Source: a virus (taxonomy: Duplodnaviria > Caudoviricetes). Taken from it: 64,000 nucleotides of DNA. The notes under the pieces are model-generated. The model worked only from the letters and a program-made list of their open reading frames with translations. It had not been told where the DNA came from and did no database searches. Each line of letters begins with the position of its first letter. Position 1 is the stretch's first letter. A program made the position numbers and the translations under genes. Where the stretch lies: the IMG/VR virus record IMGVR_UViG_3300021376_000006. One strand, written 5' to 3'. Below are positions 47,674 through 54,921 of this stretch, piece after piece.

Positions 47674-47988
47674 TTAGATAAATTGTAATTCTCTAGCCGG
47701 GTAATCAATGCGGCCATCAAACTCTAACTGATCACGCTCGAATTCAGTAAGGTAGTCATCGGCTACAATGTTAAAGTCAACAATGTGCTCACGGAAGTAC
47801 ACGCTGTCTTCTGCAATCTGGTCACGCAAAGCCATCACAGCCATAGTAACATCTTTACCTCGAAAATTCCGGACCACGTAATCGTTGCCGCCTTTGGACT
47901 TCCAATACTCAGGACACTCACCGGTACCGTCCCACGCATGGGCGCCATAGTTTTCGTAAACTTGGGTGGTGATTAGCAGCTTAGACAT
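47674..47988 (-). CDS. Conserved phage hypothetical protein
   Basis: MSKLLITTQVYENYG..YWKSKGG; AAGGAG SD. Confidence 0.75.
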   Translation of the reverse strand: MSKLLITTQVYENYGAHAWDGTGECPEYWKSKGGNDYVVRNFRGKDVTMAVMALRDQIAEDSVYFREHIVDFNIVADDYLTEFERDQLEFDGRIDYPARELQFI

Positions 47989-48118
47989 TTTGGCTCCTTG
48001 TTCTTCACTATACACATATTATAGCAAAATGGGCCATTATGGTCTACCAAAATAAAATGTTACAAGAATAGCAACACTTGTTGCTAGAATAATAATGTTG
48101 CTTTAGGGCAACAGAACG

Positions 48119-48192
48119 TGGAGCGGAGTAGGAGAATCGAACTCCTCGCTTTAGCTTGGAAGGCTAAGGTATTACCACTATACGAACTCCGC
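48119..48192 (-). tRNA. tRNA-Gly(TCC)
   Basis: Loop CT-TCC-AA, U73. Confidence 0.92.
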
Positions 48193-48246
48193 AAATAATA
48201 GATACACAAAATTACAGTTTATAAATAAAATTACTTATTTTTATAT

Positions 48247-49026
48247 ATGCATACGGTCAATCATCAATTGTTTCAAAATTTTGATCATCTAGTAGATATC
48301 AAATCGCTAATAAAACTGAAACCTCTAGTTTCAGCTTTTATTGCCAAAAACTTTCAATACATTATACCAACAAAATTTGCTGCATGGTCATTTCCGCCGT
48401 CGCATCAGCACAAACAAGGTATAGCTGACGCTAACGCCAAATATATTAAAAATCTCAACGGTTTTAGCAGCCATTTGCAAAGTGTAATACAAAATCTAGC
48501 AGATACAGACTGCCTTGGATCTTTTTGCCTATTTGAAGAAGATGTAGTTTTATCTTCATTTAGTTTTAATGTGAGATACAACCTGCAAGGACTGCCTAAT
48601 AAACACCTTGCATCTTGCGTCGCTAAAAGATCGATTGACAGTGACTTTGATTTTTTTTACAACTGGTTAGATAATCAAAACATTTTTCAAGAATACGGTA
48701 GAGTGGTCTTTTTTATCAACTATCCCGGATCAAATCAGGTACCGCATTATGATCCTATTGACGATACACGTGACAATCAACCGGACGAATTTATATTAAT
48801 TAACTTCAATCCCAATCGTAAAAGATTATACTTGTTAGATGACACAAACAATAAAAAATACTATTCATATGGCTATGTAAATTGGTTCAATACTAACAAT
48901 TTCCATGGCGCAGACACTGTAGAATATGCATGTTACACGCTACGAATTGATGGCACTTTTTCCGATCAATTCAGACAAAAGTTTATGGCGGTCCCAAGGG
49001 GTAACGATCCCCTTCTTCAAGCGTGA
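48247..49026 (+). CDS. 2OG-Fe(II) oxygenase-like protein
   Basis: VPHYD..FHGAD..LRIDG (HxD..H..R). Confidence 0.65.
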   Translation: MHTVNHQLFQNFDHLVDIKSLIKLKPLVSAFIAKNFQYIIPTKFAAWSFPPSHQHKQGIADANAKYIKNLNGFSSHLQSVIQNLADTDCLGSFCLFEEDVVLSSFSFNVRYNLQGLPNKHLASCVAKRSIDSDFDFFYNWLDNQNIFQEYGRVVFFINYPGSNQVPHYDPIDDTRDNQPDEFILINFNPNRKRLYLLDDTNNKKYYSYGYVNWFNTNNFHGADTVEYACYTLRIDGTFSDQFRQKFMAVPRGNDPLLQA

Positions 49027-49060
49027 CAGGCTTGTGTGCGTCCATGAACACTTTGAGACC
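48986..49060 (-). tRNA. tRNA-Asp(GTC), atypical T-loop
   Basis: Loop CT-GTC-AC, G73, T-loop ATCGTTA. Confidence 0.85.
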
Positions 49061-49065
49061 TTGCA

Positions 49066-49142
49066 TGGCTGTCCAGGTAGGGATCGAACCTACGACACGG
49101 TGATTAACAGTCACCTGCTACTACCAACTGAGCTACTGGACA
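49066..49142 (-). tRNA. tRNA-Asn(GTT)
   Basis: Loop CT-GTT-AA, G73. Confidence 0.92.
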
Positions 49143-49149
49143 ATAAAAC

Positions 49150-49225
49150 TGGTAGGAGGTGACGGGGTCGAACCGGCGACATCGGCCTTGTAAGGGCCGC
49201 GCTCTACCAACTGAGCTAACCTCCC
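49150..49225 (-). tRNA. tRNA-Val(TAC)
   Basis: Loop CT-TAC-AA. Confidence 0.92.
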
Positions 49226-49227
49226 AA

Positions 49228-49512
49228 TTAAATATATCTATCAATATGTAGGCCTACAGCACTTGCTCGTTGAACCAATCTTTGTTCTCTAATACTTTCG
49301 CCAAATGCATACTGCCTTAAAAATTCTGTTTGTTTATTGTAGTCATAATTTCTTTGCAATCTTGCGGCTTCTTGTAAAGCTAACAAATTAGCCATTTCTC
49401 GCACTTTTTGCTCTTCGTTGTCCCTACGTTTATAATCATTGAGAACTTGAACACGCTGACCTATCATTTGATAGTCGTTTAAGTAAGCATGTGGTACACG
49501 ATATATAACCAT
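49228..49512 (-). CDS. Small coiled-coil protein
   Basis: 94 aa; start uncertain. Confidence 0.6.
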   Translation of the reverse strand: MVIYRVPHAYLNDYQMIGQRVQVLNDYKRRDNEEQKVREMANLLALQEAARLQRNYDYNKQTEFLRQYAFGESIREQRLVQRASAVGLHIDRYI

Positions 49513-49520
49513 AATTTATA

Positions 49521-50390
49521 CTATAATTTACCTAAATTCACATTTGCAAAATCAAATGTGACTCTGTTCAATACTCGTTTGTTCATGCCTTCAAATTTCC
49601 AACGTTTATGAATACCCAACCACTGTTCGGCAATGACCACATCACCATCTTGCCAGTCGTGATGGTATATATATTTTTCTTGCAACACATGATCTCTTAG
49701 CGATTCTACAAGCTCACGACTTTGATCTTGTGTCATGCCAACAAAATTTCTAAATTGTAAAAAAGGAAAAAATAGTCCAGTTTGTTTACCTATATTGGTG
49801 TAGACCAGGTTAGGAGTGTAATGTTCATTAAAGTTTTCAGTAACCCCTGCTGCTTTACCAAAATCAAAATCACTGTAAGTGCCTTTTTTCCACCCACATA
49901 CCATCTTTAAATCTTTAATTTTATCAATCATTTGGTCATTAAGATCTTTGTAGGCCAAAATATTATTGGTCCAGCTGGTTCTTGAGCCGAACGTGGACTT
50001 GATACCACGCAACCATACCAATGGTTTACGATCGGGTTGAGCGGGTTGATTACAATGCCAGTCTAAATCGTCTACGTGTCCAAACAGTCCCGGTTCGCCA
50101 TGTTCATCAAGCTCACCTGTAACTCTTACCACTTTATAGTTAGTATCTTGAATAATTACATTTTTAAAAGGCGCTATGTCCTTAAGCGGAGTGAGGTCTT
50201 CTAACTCACCAAATCTACTGCATATATTTGCTTCATCTTGCGCTGTAAGATGATTTTGATTTTTGCATACCACTAAGGTATTTGTTGCCAACCAACGGGC
50301 AATTTGATTAATATCCGAATCTGACGCAGTTAAAAAATCAAAGTCATCTAAAATTACAGTCCATCCATTGTCATGTATTTTGTGTTTCAT
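49521..50390 (-). CDS. TauD/TfdA-family dioxygenase
   Basis: LDWHCN, T.W.N, HDWQDGDVVI..GIHKR. Confidence 0.8.
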   Translation of the reverse strand: MKHKIHDNGWTVILDDFDFLTASDSDINQIARWLATNTLVVCKNQNHLTAQDEANICSRFGELEDLTPLKDIAPFKNVIIQDTNYKVVRVTGELDEHGEPGLFGHVDDLDWHCNQPAQPDRKPLVWLRGIKSTFGSRTSWTNNILAYKDLNDQMIDKIKDLKMVCGWKKGTYSDFDFGKAAGVTENFNEHYTPNLVYTNIGKQTGLFFPFLQFRNFVGMTQDQSRELVESLRDHVLQEKYIYHHDWQDGDVVIAEQWLGIHKRWKFEGMNKRVLNRVTFDFANVNLGKL

Positions 50391-50403
50391 AGTTTATCCA
50401 TAA

Positions 50404-50490
50404 TGGTGGGTGCTGATGGTAACGCTCCACGTGCCTTGACTTCCGTACCTTTAGCAATGGTTTTACAGACCACCGTACGGGGCAACACCC
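50404..50490 (-). tRNA. Atypical tRNA-Tyr(GTA)-like RNA (8/4 fold, vestigial D-arm)
   Basis: GGGTGTTG/CAGCACCC-A-CCA; TGGT-CTGTAAA-ACCA; T-arm GTGG-AGCGTTA-CCAT. Confidence 0.65.
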
Positions 50491-50499
50491 ATTTAACAT

Positions 50500-50575
50500 T
50501 GGTGGAGATGACAGGACTCGAACCCGCTACCTATTGCTTGCAAAGCAACCGCTCTCCCAGCTGAGCTACATCCCC
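50500..50575 (-). tRNA. tRNA-Ala(TGC)
   Basis: G3:U70, loop TT-TGC-AA. Confidence 0.93.
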
Positions 50576-52083
50576 AATATATATTTTCTACATTCTTCAA
50601 GTTCGGGTATATAATCACCCAACTTGCTGTTTCTTGCATGATCTAAAGCATCATTATACAAGAAAAAGTTTTTAAGTGCAACCAAATCGCACTCGGGTTT
50701 TTTGCTGTAATAATCGTATAATGAATCTATGGCTGTCTTATTTGATTTGCCATCTGTGTAATACGTTTTGGTTTGTTGACACTTGTTCATAGATTCAACT
50801 ACCATGTCATGATTGGGATGATTATACGCAGACTGAAAACCCACATGATTGATTTGCAAATAAATTCCAGCATGTGGAAATTCTTGGTCCAAGAATTCAA
50901 ATAACAAATGCAAATTTGTCACATTGTATATTCCTGGAACACAATTAATAGAAATAGTATGTCCATGTGATTCCAACAATTTGGTATTAGCAATCACAGT
51001 ATCCCAATCAGTACCCCAACGCCAATAATCATTGACTTGACCGTAGCCATCTAAACTGACACTGAAATTTAAATTTGTAAAGTGATTGGCCAAGGTCAAA
51101 AACTTTTTAGAAATTTTCACTGCATTTGTGCCCAAAGTAAAATCAAAATCAGTTTTACCTGCGTCAATACATTTCTGCATAAATTCATACACTTCGGGTA
51201 TTACAGTAGGTTCGCCTCCAGTAAGATATACTCTAACTTTTGGATTTAGAGTTTCTATGTCAATTCTGTCTAATTTGGAATACTTAAAGGTTTGCTCGCC
51301 TGGAAAAACTATATTAAATTTTTTAAATTCTCTATCAATCAAATGACTGTGTTCAGGTCTGCAACCGCGGCACATGATGTTACACTTGTTGCTCAATCTA
51401 ATTTCATAATAATACGGCTGTGTAATCTTCTCTAAATCTTCATAGGAATTTATATCCAGTTTTGCCAACCATTCTTTGGTTTCAAACTGCCTATAGCTTT
51501 CAATATTTTTGTCTTCGTAATAATAACAAGTCTCACAATTACTTTCTAATCTTTCTCCGCGAAGCATCTTTTCGCGCACTGCGACAAAATTAGGATCAGA
51601 TTTCCAATCAGTAAATTTGTCCCATGTGGTTACATGATCTCGCCCTCTTGAGCAGGTCAACATATAACCACTCTCTTCGGTAATTGCTATCCAAGGATAG
51701 ATACAAAAACTTTTGTTGTTTTCTATGCTGTTGAAAAATTCTAAAAAGTTTTTGACATTTTTGTTATTTCTAAAACTGGTATTATGACCCAATTTTTCTA
51801 ATTCCAACATAACCTTGTATGAAGATAGCAGCGGCTTCCAATGTGGCCATTGTTGTTTGGGTTGATCTAACAACACAATCAAATCAAATTGTTTTGCAAC
51901 GCTGACGATTTGTCCAAAAGACAAATCTAAAATACTGGTATGATAATACCCAGGTTCGGTTATTAAATCGTCGCTGGCGATCAGCCCGTTGTTTATACAC
52001 TTGTTTTGTTTGGCTAGAATTGTAGTTTTTTTATCTGTGTCATCAGAGTTAGTTCCGATGCACAATATTTTTTGATCAAACAT
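50566..52083 (-). CDS. Radical SAM protein with SPASM/twitch-like domain; TAG stop inside tRNA-Ala
   Basis: CNIMCRGC, TGGEP, SLDG; CIYPW..C..CETC. Confidence 0.85.
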   Translation of the reverse strand: MFDQKILCIGTNSDDTDKKTTILAKQNKCINNGLIASDDLITEPGYYHTSILDLSFGQIVSVAKQFDLIVLLDQPKQQWPHWKPLLSSYKVMLELEKLGHNTSFRNNKNVKNFLEFFNSIENNKSFCIYPWIAITEESGYMLTCSRGRDHVTTWDKFTDWKSDPNFVAVREKMLRGERLESNCETCYYYEDKNIESYRQFETKEWLAKLDINSYEDLEKITQPYYYEIRLSNKCNIMCRGCRPEHSHLIDREFKKFNIVFPGEQTFKYSKLDRIDIETLNPKVRVYLTGGEPTVIPEVYEFMQKCIDAGKTDFDFTLGTNAVKISKKFLTLANHFTNLNFSVSLDGYGQVNDYWRWGTDWDTVIANTKLLESHGHTISINCVPGIYNVTNLHLLFEFLDQEFPHAGIYLQINHVGFQSAYNHPNHDMVVESMNKCQQTKTYYTDGKSNKTAIDSLYDYYSKKPECDLVALKNFFLYNDALDHARNSKLGDYIPELEECRKYILGM

Positions 52084-52331
52084 TAATTTCCTAAATCTTT
52101 CGCATCAACACAAGTTCCGCCTTTAAAAACATATATGTCGGAATCTATGCGTATTTGTTCGAACACATGATTGTTTACACAGATATATGGATCCTTATGA
52201 TTTTCCATATAATAAAACGCACCATATCCTATACCCGCTAATACCATTAGTACGGGGATATATTTTAAATACTTCACAACTTCAGGCATAGCGCCTAAAA
52301 TTTGTGGCAAAAATTTGAGCAGGTCTTTCAT
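52083..52331 (-). CDS. Small membrane protein
   Basis: MKDLLKFLPQ; TAAATA 5 nt upstream. Confidence 0.7.
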   Translation of the reverse strand: MKDLLKFLPQILGAMPEVVKYLKYIPVLMVLAGIGYGAFYYMENHKDPYICVNNHVFEQIRIDSDIYVFKGGTCVDAKDLGN

Positions 52332-52343
52332 GCTAGTATTTAT

Positions 52344-52419
52344 TGGCACACCCAACCGGATTCGAACCGGTGTCGCCGCCGTGAAAGGGCGATGTCCTAG
52401 GCCTCTAGACGATGGGTGC
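52344..52419 (-). tRNA. tRNA-Glu(TTC)
   Basis: Loop CT-TTC-AC, G73. Confidence 0.92.
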
Positions 52420-52421
52420 CT

Positions 52422-52583
52422 TTATTTTACTGCTCTACATTCTACTTGGATACGACTGTTTACTGCTCGTAATCTACGATCCCATGCCTGAGCAGATTCT
52501 GAAGATTTTTGCTGGGTGGCAAATTTTTCGTACACGGTAAAGTTTTCAGGGACTTGTATCCAGAATGCCAATATCCAAGGCAT
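52422..52583 (-). CDS. Small protein (53 aa)
   Basis: MPWILAFWIQVP after AGGAG. Confidence 0.65.
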   Translation of the reverse strand: MPWILAFWIQVPENFTVYEKFATQQKSSESAQAWDRRLRAVNSRIQVECRAVK

Positions 52584-52598
52584 AACAATCTCCTGTGA

Positions 52599-52673
52599 TG
52601 GTGCCTCTGGATGGAATCGAACCACCATCACAAGTTTCGTAGACTCGTATCCTATCCGTTGAACGACAGAGGC
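52599..52673 (-). tRNA. tRNA-Arg(ACG)
   Basis: Loop CT-ACG-AA. Confidence 0.92.
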
Positions 52674-52679
52674 TGTATA

Positions 52680-52830
52680 TTAGTAAGTGCTATAGGACCA
52701 ATTTAGACGTCCGGTGCTTCCGTGTCATAGCGTACAGTCGGTTATATCAGGACCTGTCCCACGCCGGTTAGGCCCGCATAGTGGCAGCGTCCTGCCACGA
52801 TACCCGCTTTTCATCTATAACACTTACTAA
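52680..52830 (-). ncRNA. Candidate 151-nt ncRNA closed by a 16-bp stem
   Basis: TTAGTAAGTGTTATAG/CTATAGCACTTACTAA; inner GTGGCAG-GACG-CTGCCAC. Confidence 0.6.
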
Positions 52831-52835
52831 TATAT

Positions 52836-53027
52836 GCTTAGGCCACGCTTTTCCACGGTCGCCCCCAAGCTGGAGTTGTTGCCCTGTCCTTCCTGTTTAT
52901 TCTTCTGTCTGTGTGCAGTTAGGATTATGCCTATCAGAGTCTGAGGGCTTGCCTCGCTAACGGTCTTCTGCCACCGGATCTCTCTCGCTAATCAAACGCC
53001 ACTTTCAGGAAAGTGGTAACCGGAACC
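52836..53027 (-). ncRNA. Candidate ~190-nt ncRNA
   Basis: No ORF; CCACTTT/AAAGTGG, GAGG/CCTC, GCTTGGG/CCTAAGC stems. Confidence 0.5.
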
Positions 53028-53171
53028 TTAACGAGCCCAAACAAGTGCAAACGCAACTGCTAGTCCGTTGTTAGCAAATCTATAAGTATCGCCTGAATCA
53101 AAATAATCATTGCCGCAGCGATATCCGTGATCCGAAAACCATTTTACAATAGCTTTATCTCTTTCTAACAT
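53028..53171 (-). CDS. Small protein, F-x-L-x-W family (47 aa)
   Basis: MLERDKAIVKWF...AVAFALVWAR. Confidence 0.65.
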   Translation of the reverse strand: MLERDKAIVKWFSDHGYRCGNDYFDSGDTYRFANNGLAVAFALVWAR

Positions 53172-53186
53172 TTTGTCGCGAACTTT

Positions 53187-53291
53187 TTATCTTGGAGCAC
53201 CAAATTCTGCTTCTTCTGCTTCCTTGACTAGATCAGCAAAAAATGGTTCACGATCTAACAAAACATTCAAATGAGGATATACTTGTTTCAC
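53187..53291 (-). CDS. 34-aa peptide
   Basis: GTG start after AAGGAG; MKQVYPHLNVLLDREPFF... Confidence 0.6.
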   Translation of the reverse strand: MKQVYPHLNVLLDREPFFADLVKEAEEAEFGAPR

Positions 53292-53346
53292 GTGTACTCC
53301 TTGATCTACTATACGCAACTTTTATGAAACCGGAAATCAAATGCTA

Positions 53347-53400
53347 ACAAGGAATTGCCTGTTACATGATACCGAAGGCAGTGCTGTATCAAACCCTTGC
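53347..53400 (-). ncRNA. Candidate pseudoknotted RNA element
   Basis: TGATAC/GTATCA stem; loop TGCCT pairs with downstream AGGCA. Confidence 0.4.
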
Positions 53401-53450
53401 TTAACTCTATACAGAGACAGAACGCACATTTTCTGTTTTATAAACTGATT

Positions 53451-53550
53451 ATTTGTTAGTTGGTGCCCCTCAGTATCACCACCTTCCTAGGTTCCCGTGC
53501 GGGCTAGTTTGAGGTCAGTTATGTCTCACGAACAAGGTCGAATAACAAAT
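53451..53550 (-). ncRNA. Candidate structured RNA with internal GGGGCACCA
   Basis: ATTTGTTA/TAACAAAT, CCTCA/TGAGG, CTAG/CTAG, CCCG/CGGG. Confidence 0.4.
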
Positions 53551-53590
53551 AAAATTGTATAGTAGCACACTACTTCTTTTTGGTCTACCA

Positions 53591-53670
53591 TATTGAAACA
53601 CACTACCCTAGACAGCTACTTTGGGGCGGGCTGGCCGATACCGGGACACCGCTCGAAGTGTGCTTTAATA
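53591..53670 (-). ncRNA. Stem-closed small RNA cassette
   Basis: AAGCACACT/AGTGTGTTT closure around a GC-rich core. Confidence 0.45.
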
Positions 53671-53751
53671 TGGTGCCCCAGGACGGACTCGAACCGTCAC
53701 CCGAAGACTGGCTTCTAAGACCAGCGTGTCTACCAGTTCCACCACCGGGGC
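53671..53751 (-). tRNA. tRNA-Leu(TAG)
   Basis: Class II, loop CT-TAG-AA. Confidence 0.92.
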
Positions 53752-53845
53752 ATTTGTTGTTAAATTTTTAATGATCGTTTACTGCACTATTTCATTATTA
53801 TACTTAATTGTTCTTTTTTGGTCAACTGTTTTATTATTGTTGCAC

Positions 53846-53866
53846 AAATAGCAACTGTTGCTATTT
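53846..53866. promoter_or_regulatory. Perfect 10-1-10 DNA palindrome (candidate operator)
   Basis: AAATAGCAAC-T-GTTGCTATTT upstream of TTGACC..TATAAT. Confidence 0.45.
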
Positions 53867-53873
53867 TGTTAAC

Positions 53874-53948
53874 TGGTAGAAGCGGAGAGAGTTGAACCCG
53901 CACTGTACACCGTATGAAGGTGCTGCACTACCGTTATGCTACGCTTCC
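53874..53948 (-). tRNA. tRNA-Met(CAT), probable elongator
   Basis: Loop TT-CAT-AC; weak T-stem. Confidence 0.75.
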
Positions 53949-53949
53949 G

Positions 53950-54023
53950 TGATACCCGGAGGTGGGAACGATCCACTGTCGGTCGATTATCAATCGACTG
54001 CTCTACCACTGAGATATCCGGGT
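53950..54023 (-). tRNA. tRNA-Ile(GAT), atypical T-loop, 3' TCA instead of CCA
   Basis: Loop TT-GAT-AA; T-loop ATCGTTC. Confidence 0.8.
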
Positions 54024-54033
54024 ATACAAACTT

Positions 54034-54108
54034 TGGCCGGTCCTGACAGATTCGAACTGCCGACAGCTGGTTTCGAAGACCAGAACTCTTCCACTGAGCT
54101 AAGGACCG
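54034..54108 (-). tRNA. tRNA-Arg(TCG)
   Basis: Loop CT-TCG-AA. Confidence 0.9.
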
Positions 54109-54875
54109 TATAAAAAATTGTTTACTCGTGCTGCAATATTTTTTTGAGTATTTTTCTTTGGTTCTGCTAACTCTGCGCCAAAATCAAGATTACGGTCATC
54201 AACTGTGTAAGTTTTGCGTAAATCTGTACAATCAATGTATTCATTAAGAAAATTCTCAAACTCAACATGATTGTTTTCACGGCACTGCCCAAATCTCACA
54301 ACAGCATAATCAATATTGTAGTTCTTTAATATTTTAATCAACAACTTAAAACTACGTCTATGAAACCGTGCATGCCACTTTCTGTCACGCAAAAAAGTTT
54401 TTTGCAGTGTTTCTTGTCTCAGTTTTTCTAGTGTTGGGTCTGAATTTGTCACGGTCAATGATTCAAAGTGATGTTTACGTCCTTGATACATTACAGAATA
54501 CGATAAGTGTGAAAATTCATAATCTGTAACTAATACTAAATCAGGCCTATTGTTAATTCTTAACCAATTAATCAATCTTCTACAATGACCAAAAAAATGT
54601 GCGCCGTTAAAAGATAAATTTGTTACATACCCGTTTATCATACTAGGCCAAGCCAATGACATTTCTTTGTGACGTACAAATTTCCATGCTTTAGATTCAA
54701 GAGAATCCAAATGTCCAACAAAATCATTTTGTTTTAAGCACCATTGTAGTGCAGGTTTAATTTGTTTATGATATCTTAAACTGAAAGTTCTAGGTTGTGT
54801 GTCGCCCATAATTTCATCAGACAAACAGTTATTGCCATTACTTTGGCAATCACCTAGTATCAAAATAGTTTTCAT
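54099..54875 (-). CDS. SGNH/GDSL-like hypothetical protein; TAG stop inside tRNA-Arg
   Basis: ILILGDCQSNG N-terminus. Confidence 0.6.
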   Translation of the reverse strand: MKTILILGDCQSNGNNCLSDEIMGDTQPRTFSLRYHKQIKPALQWCLKQNDFVGHLDSLESKAWKFVRHKEMSLAWPSMINGYVTNLSFNGAHFFGHCRRLINWLRINNRPDLVLVTDYEFSHLSYSVMYQGRKHHFESLTVTNSDPTLEKLRQETLQKTFLRDRKWHARFHRRSFKLLIKILKNYNIDYAVVRFGQCRENNHVEFENFLNEYIDCTDLRKTYTVDDRNLDFGAELAEPKKNTQKNIAARVNNFLYGP

Positions 54876-54921
54876 GATTGAATATTTATAGAAATGTTAA
54901 ATTGCGCCAATAAATATCATC

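Noticed and set aside
50566-52083. Radical SAM gene as pqqE
   Set aside because: SPASM-like cysteines are N-terminal to the SAM motif, the length and architecture differ from PqqE, there is no PqqD, and it is 6 kb from pqqA.
52836-53027. RNase P RNA or tmRNA
   Set aside because: GAGAGATCCGG and ACAACTCCAGCTT only loosely resemble CR-I and CR-V and cannot form P4; no tmRNA acceptor/T-arm or tag ORF.
52680-53560. Single giant ncRNA (GOLLD/ROOL-like) filling the ORF-track gap
   Set aside because: The gap contains two credible small ORFs (53028-53171, 53187-53291), leaving only 55-190 nt elements.
53591-53670. tRNA-associated theta (HDV-like) ribozyme after tRNA-Leu
   Set aside because: I could not build the nested double pseudoknot starting at the tRNA 3' end; a descriptor search would be needed to exclude it fully.
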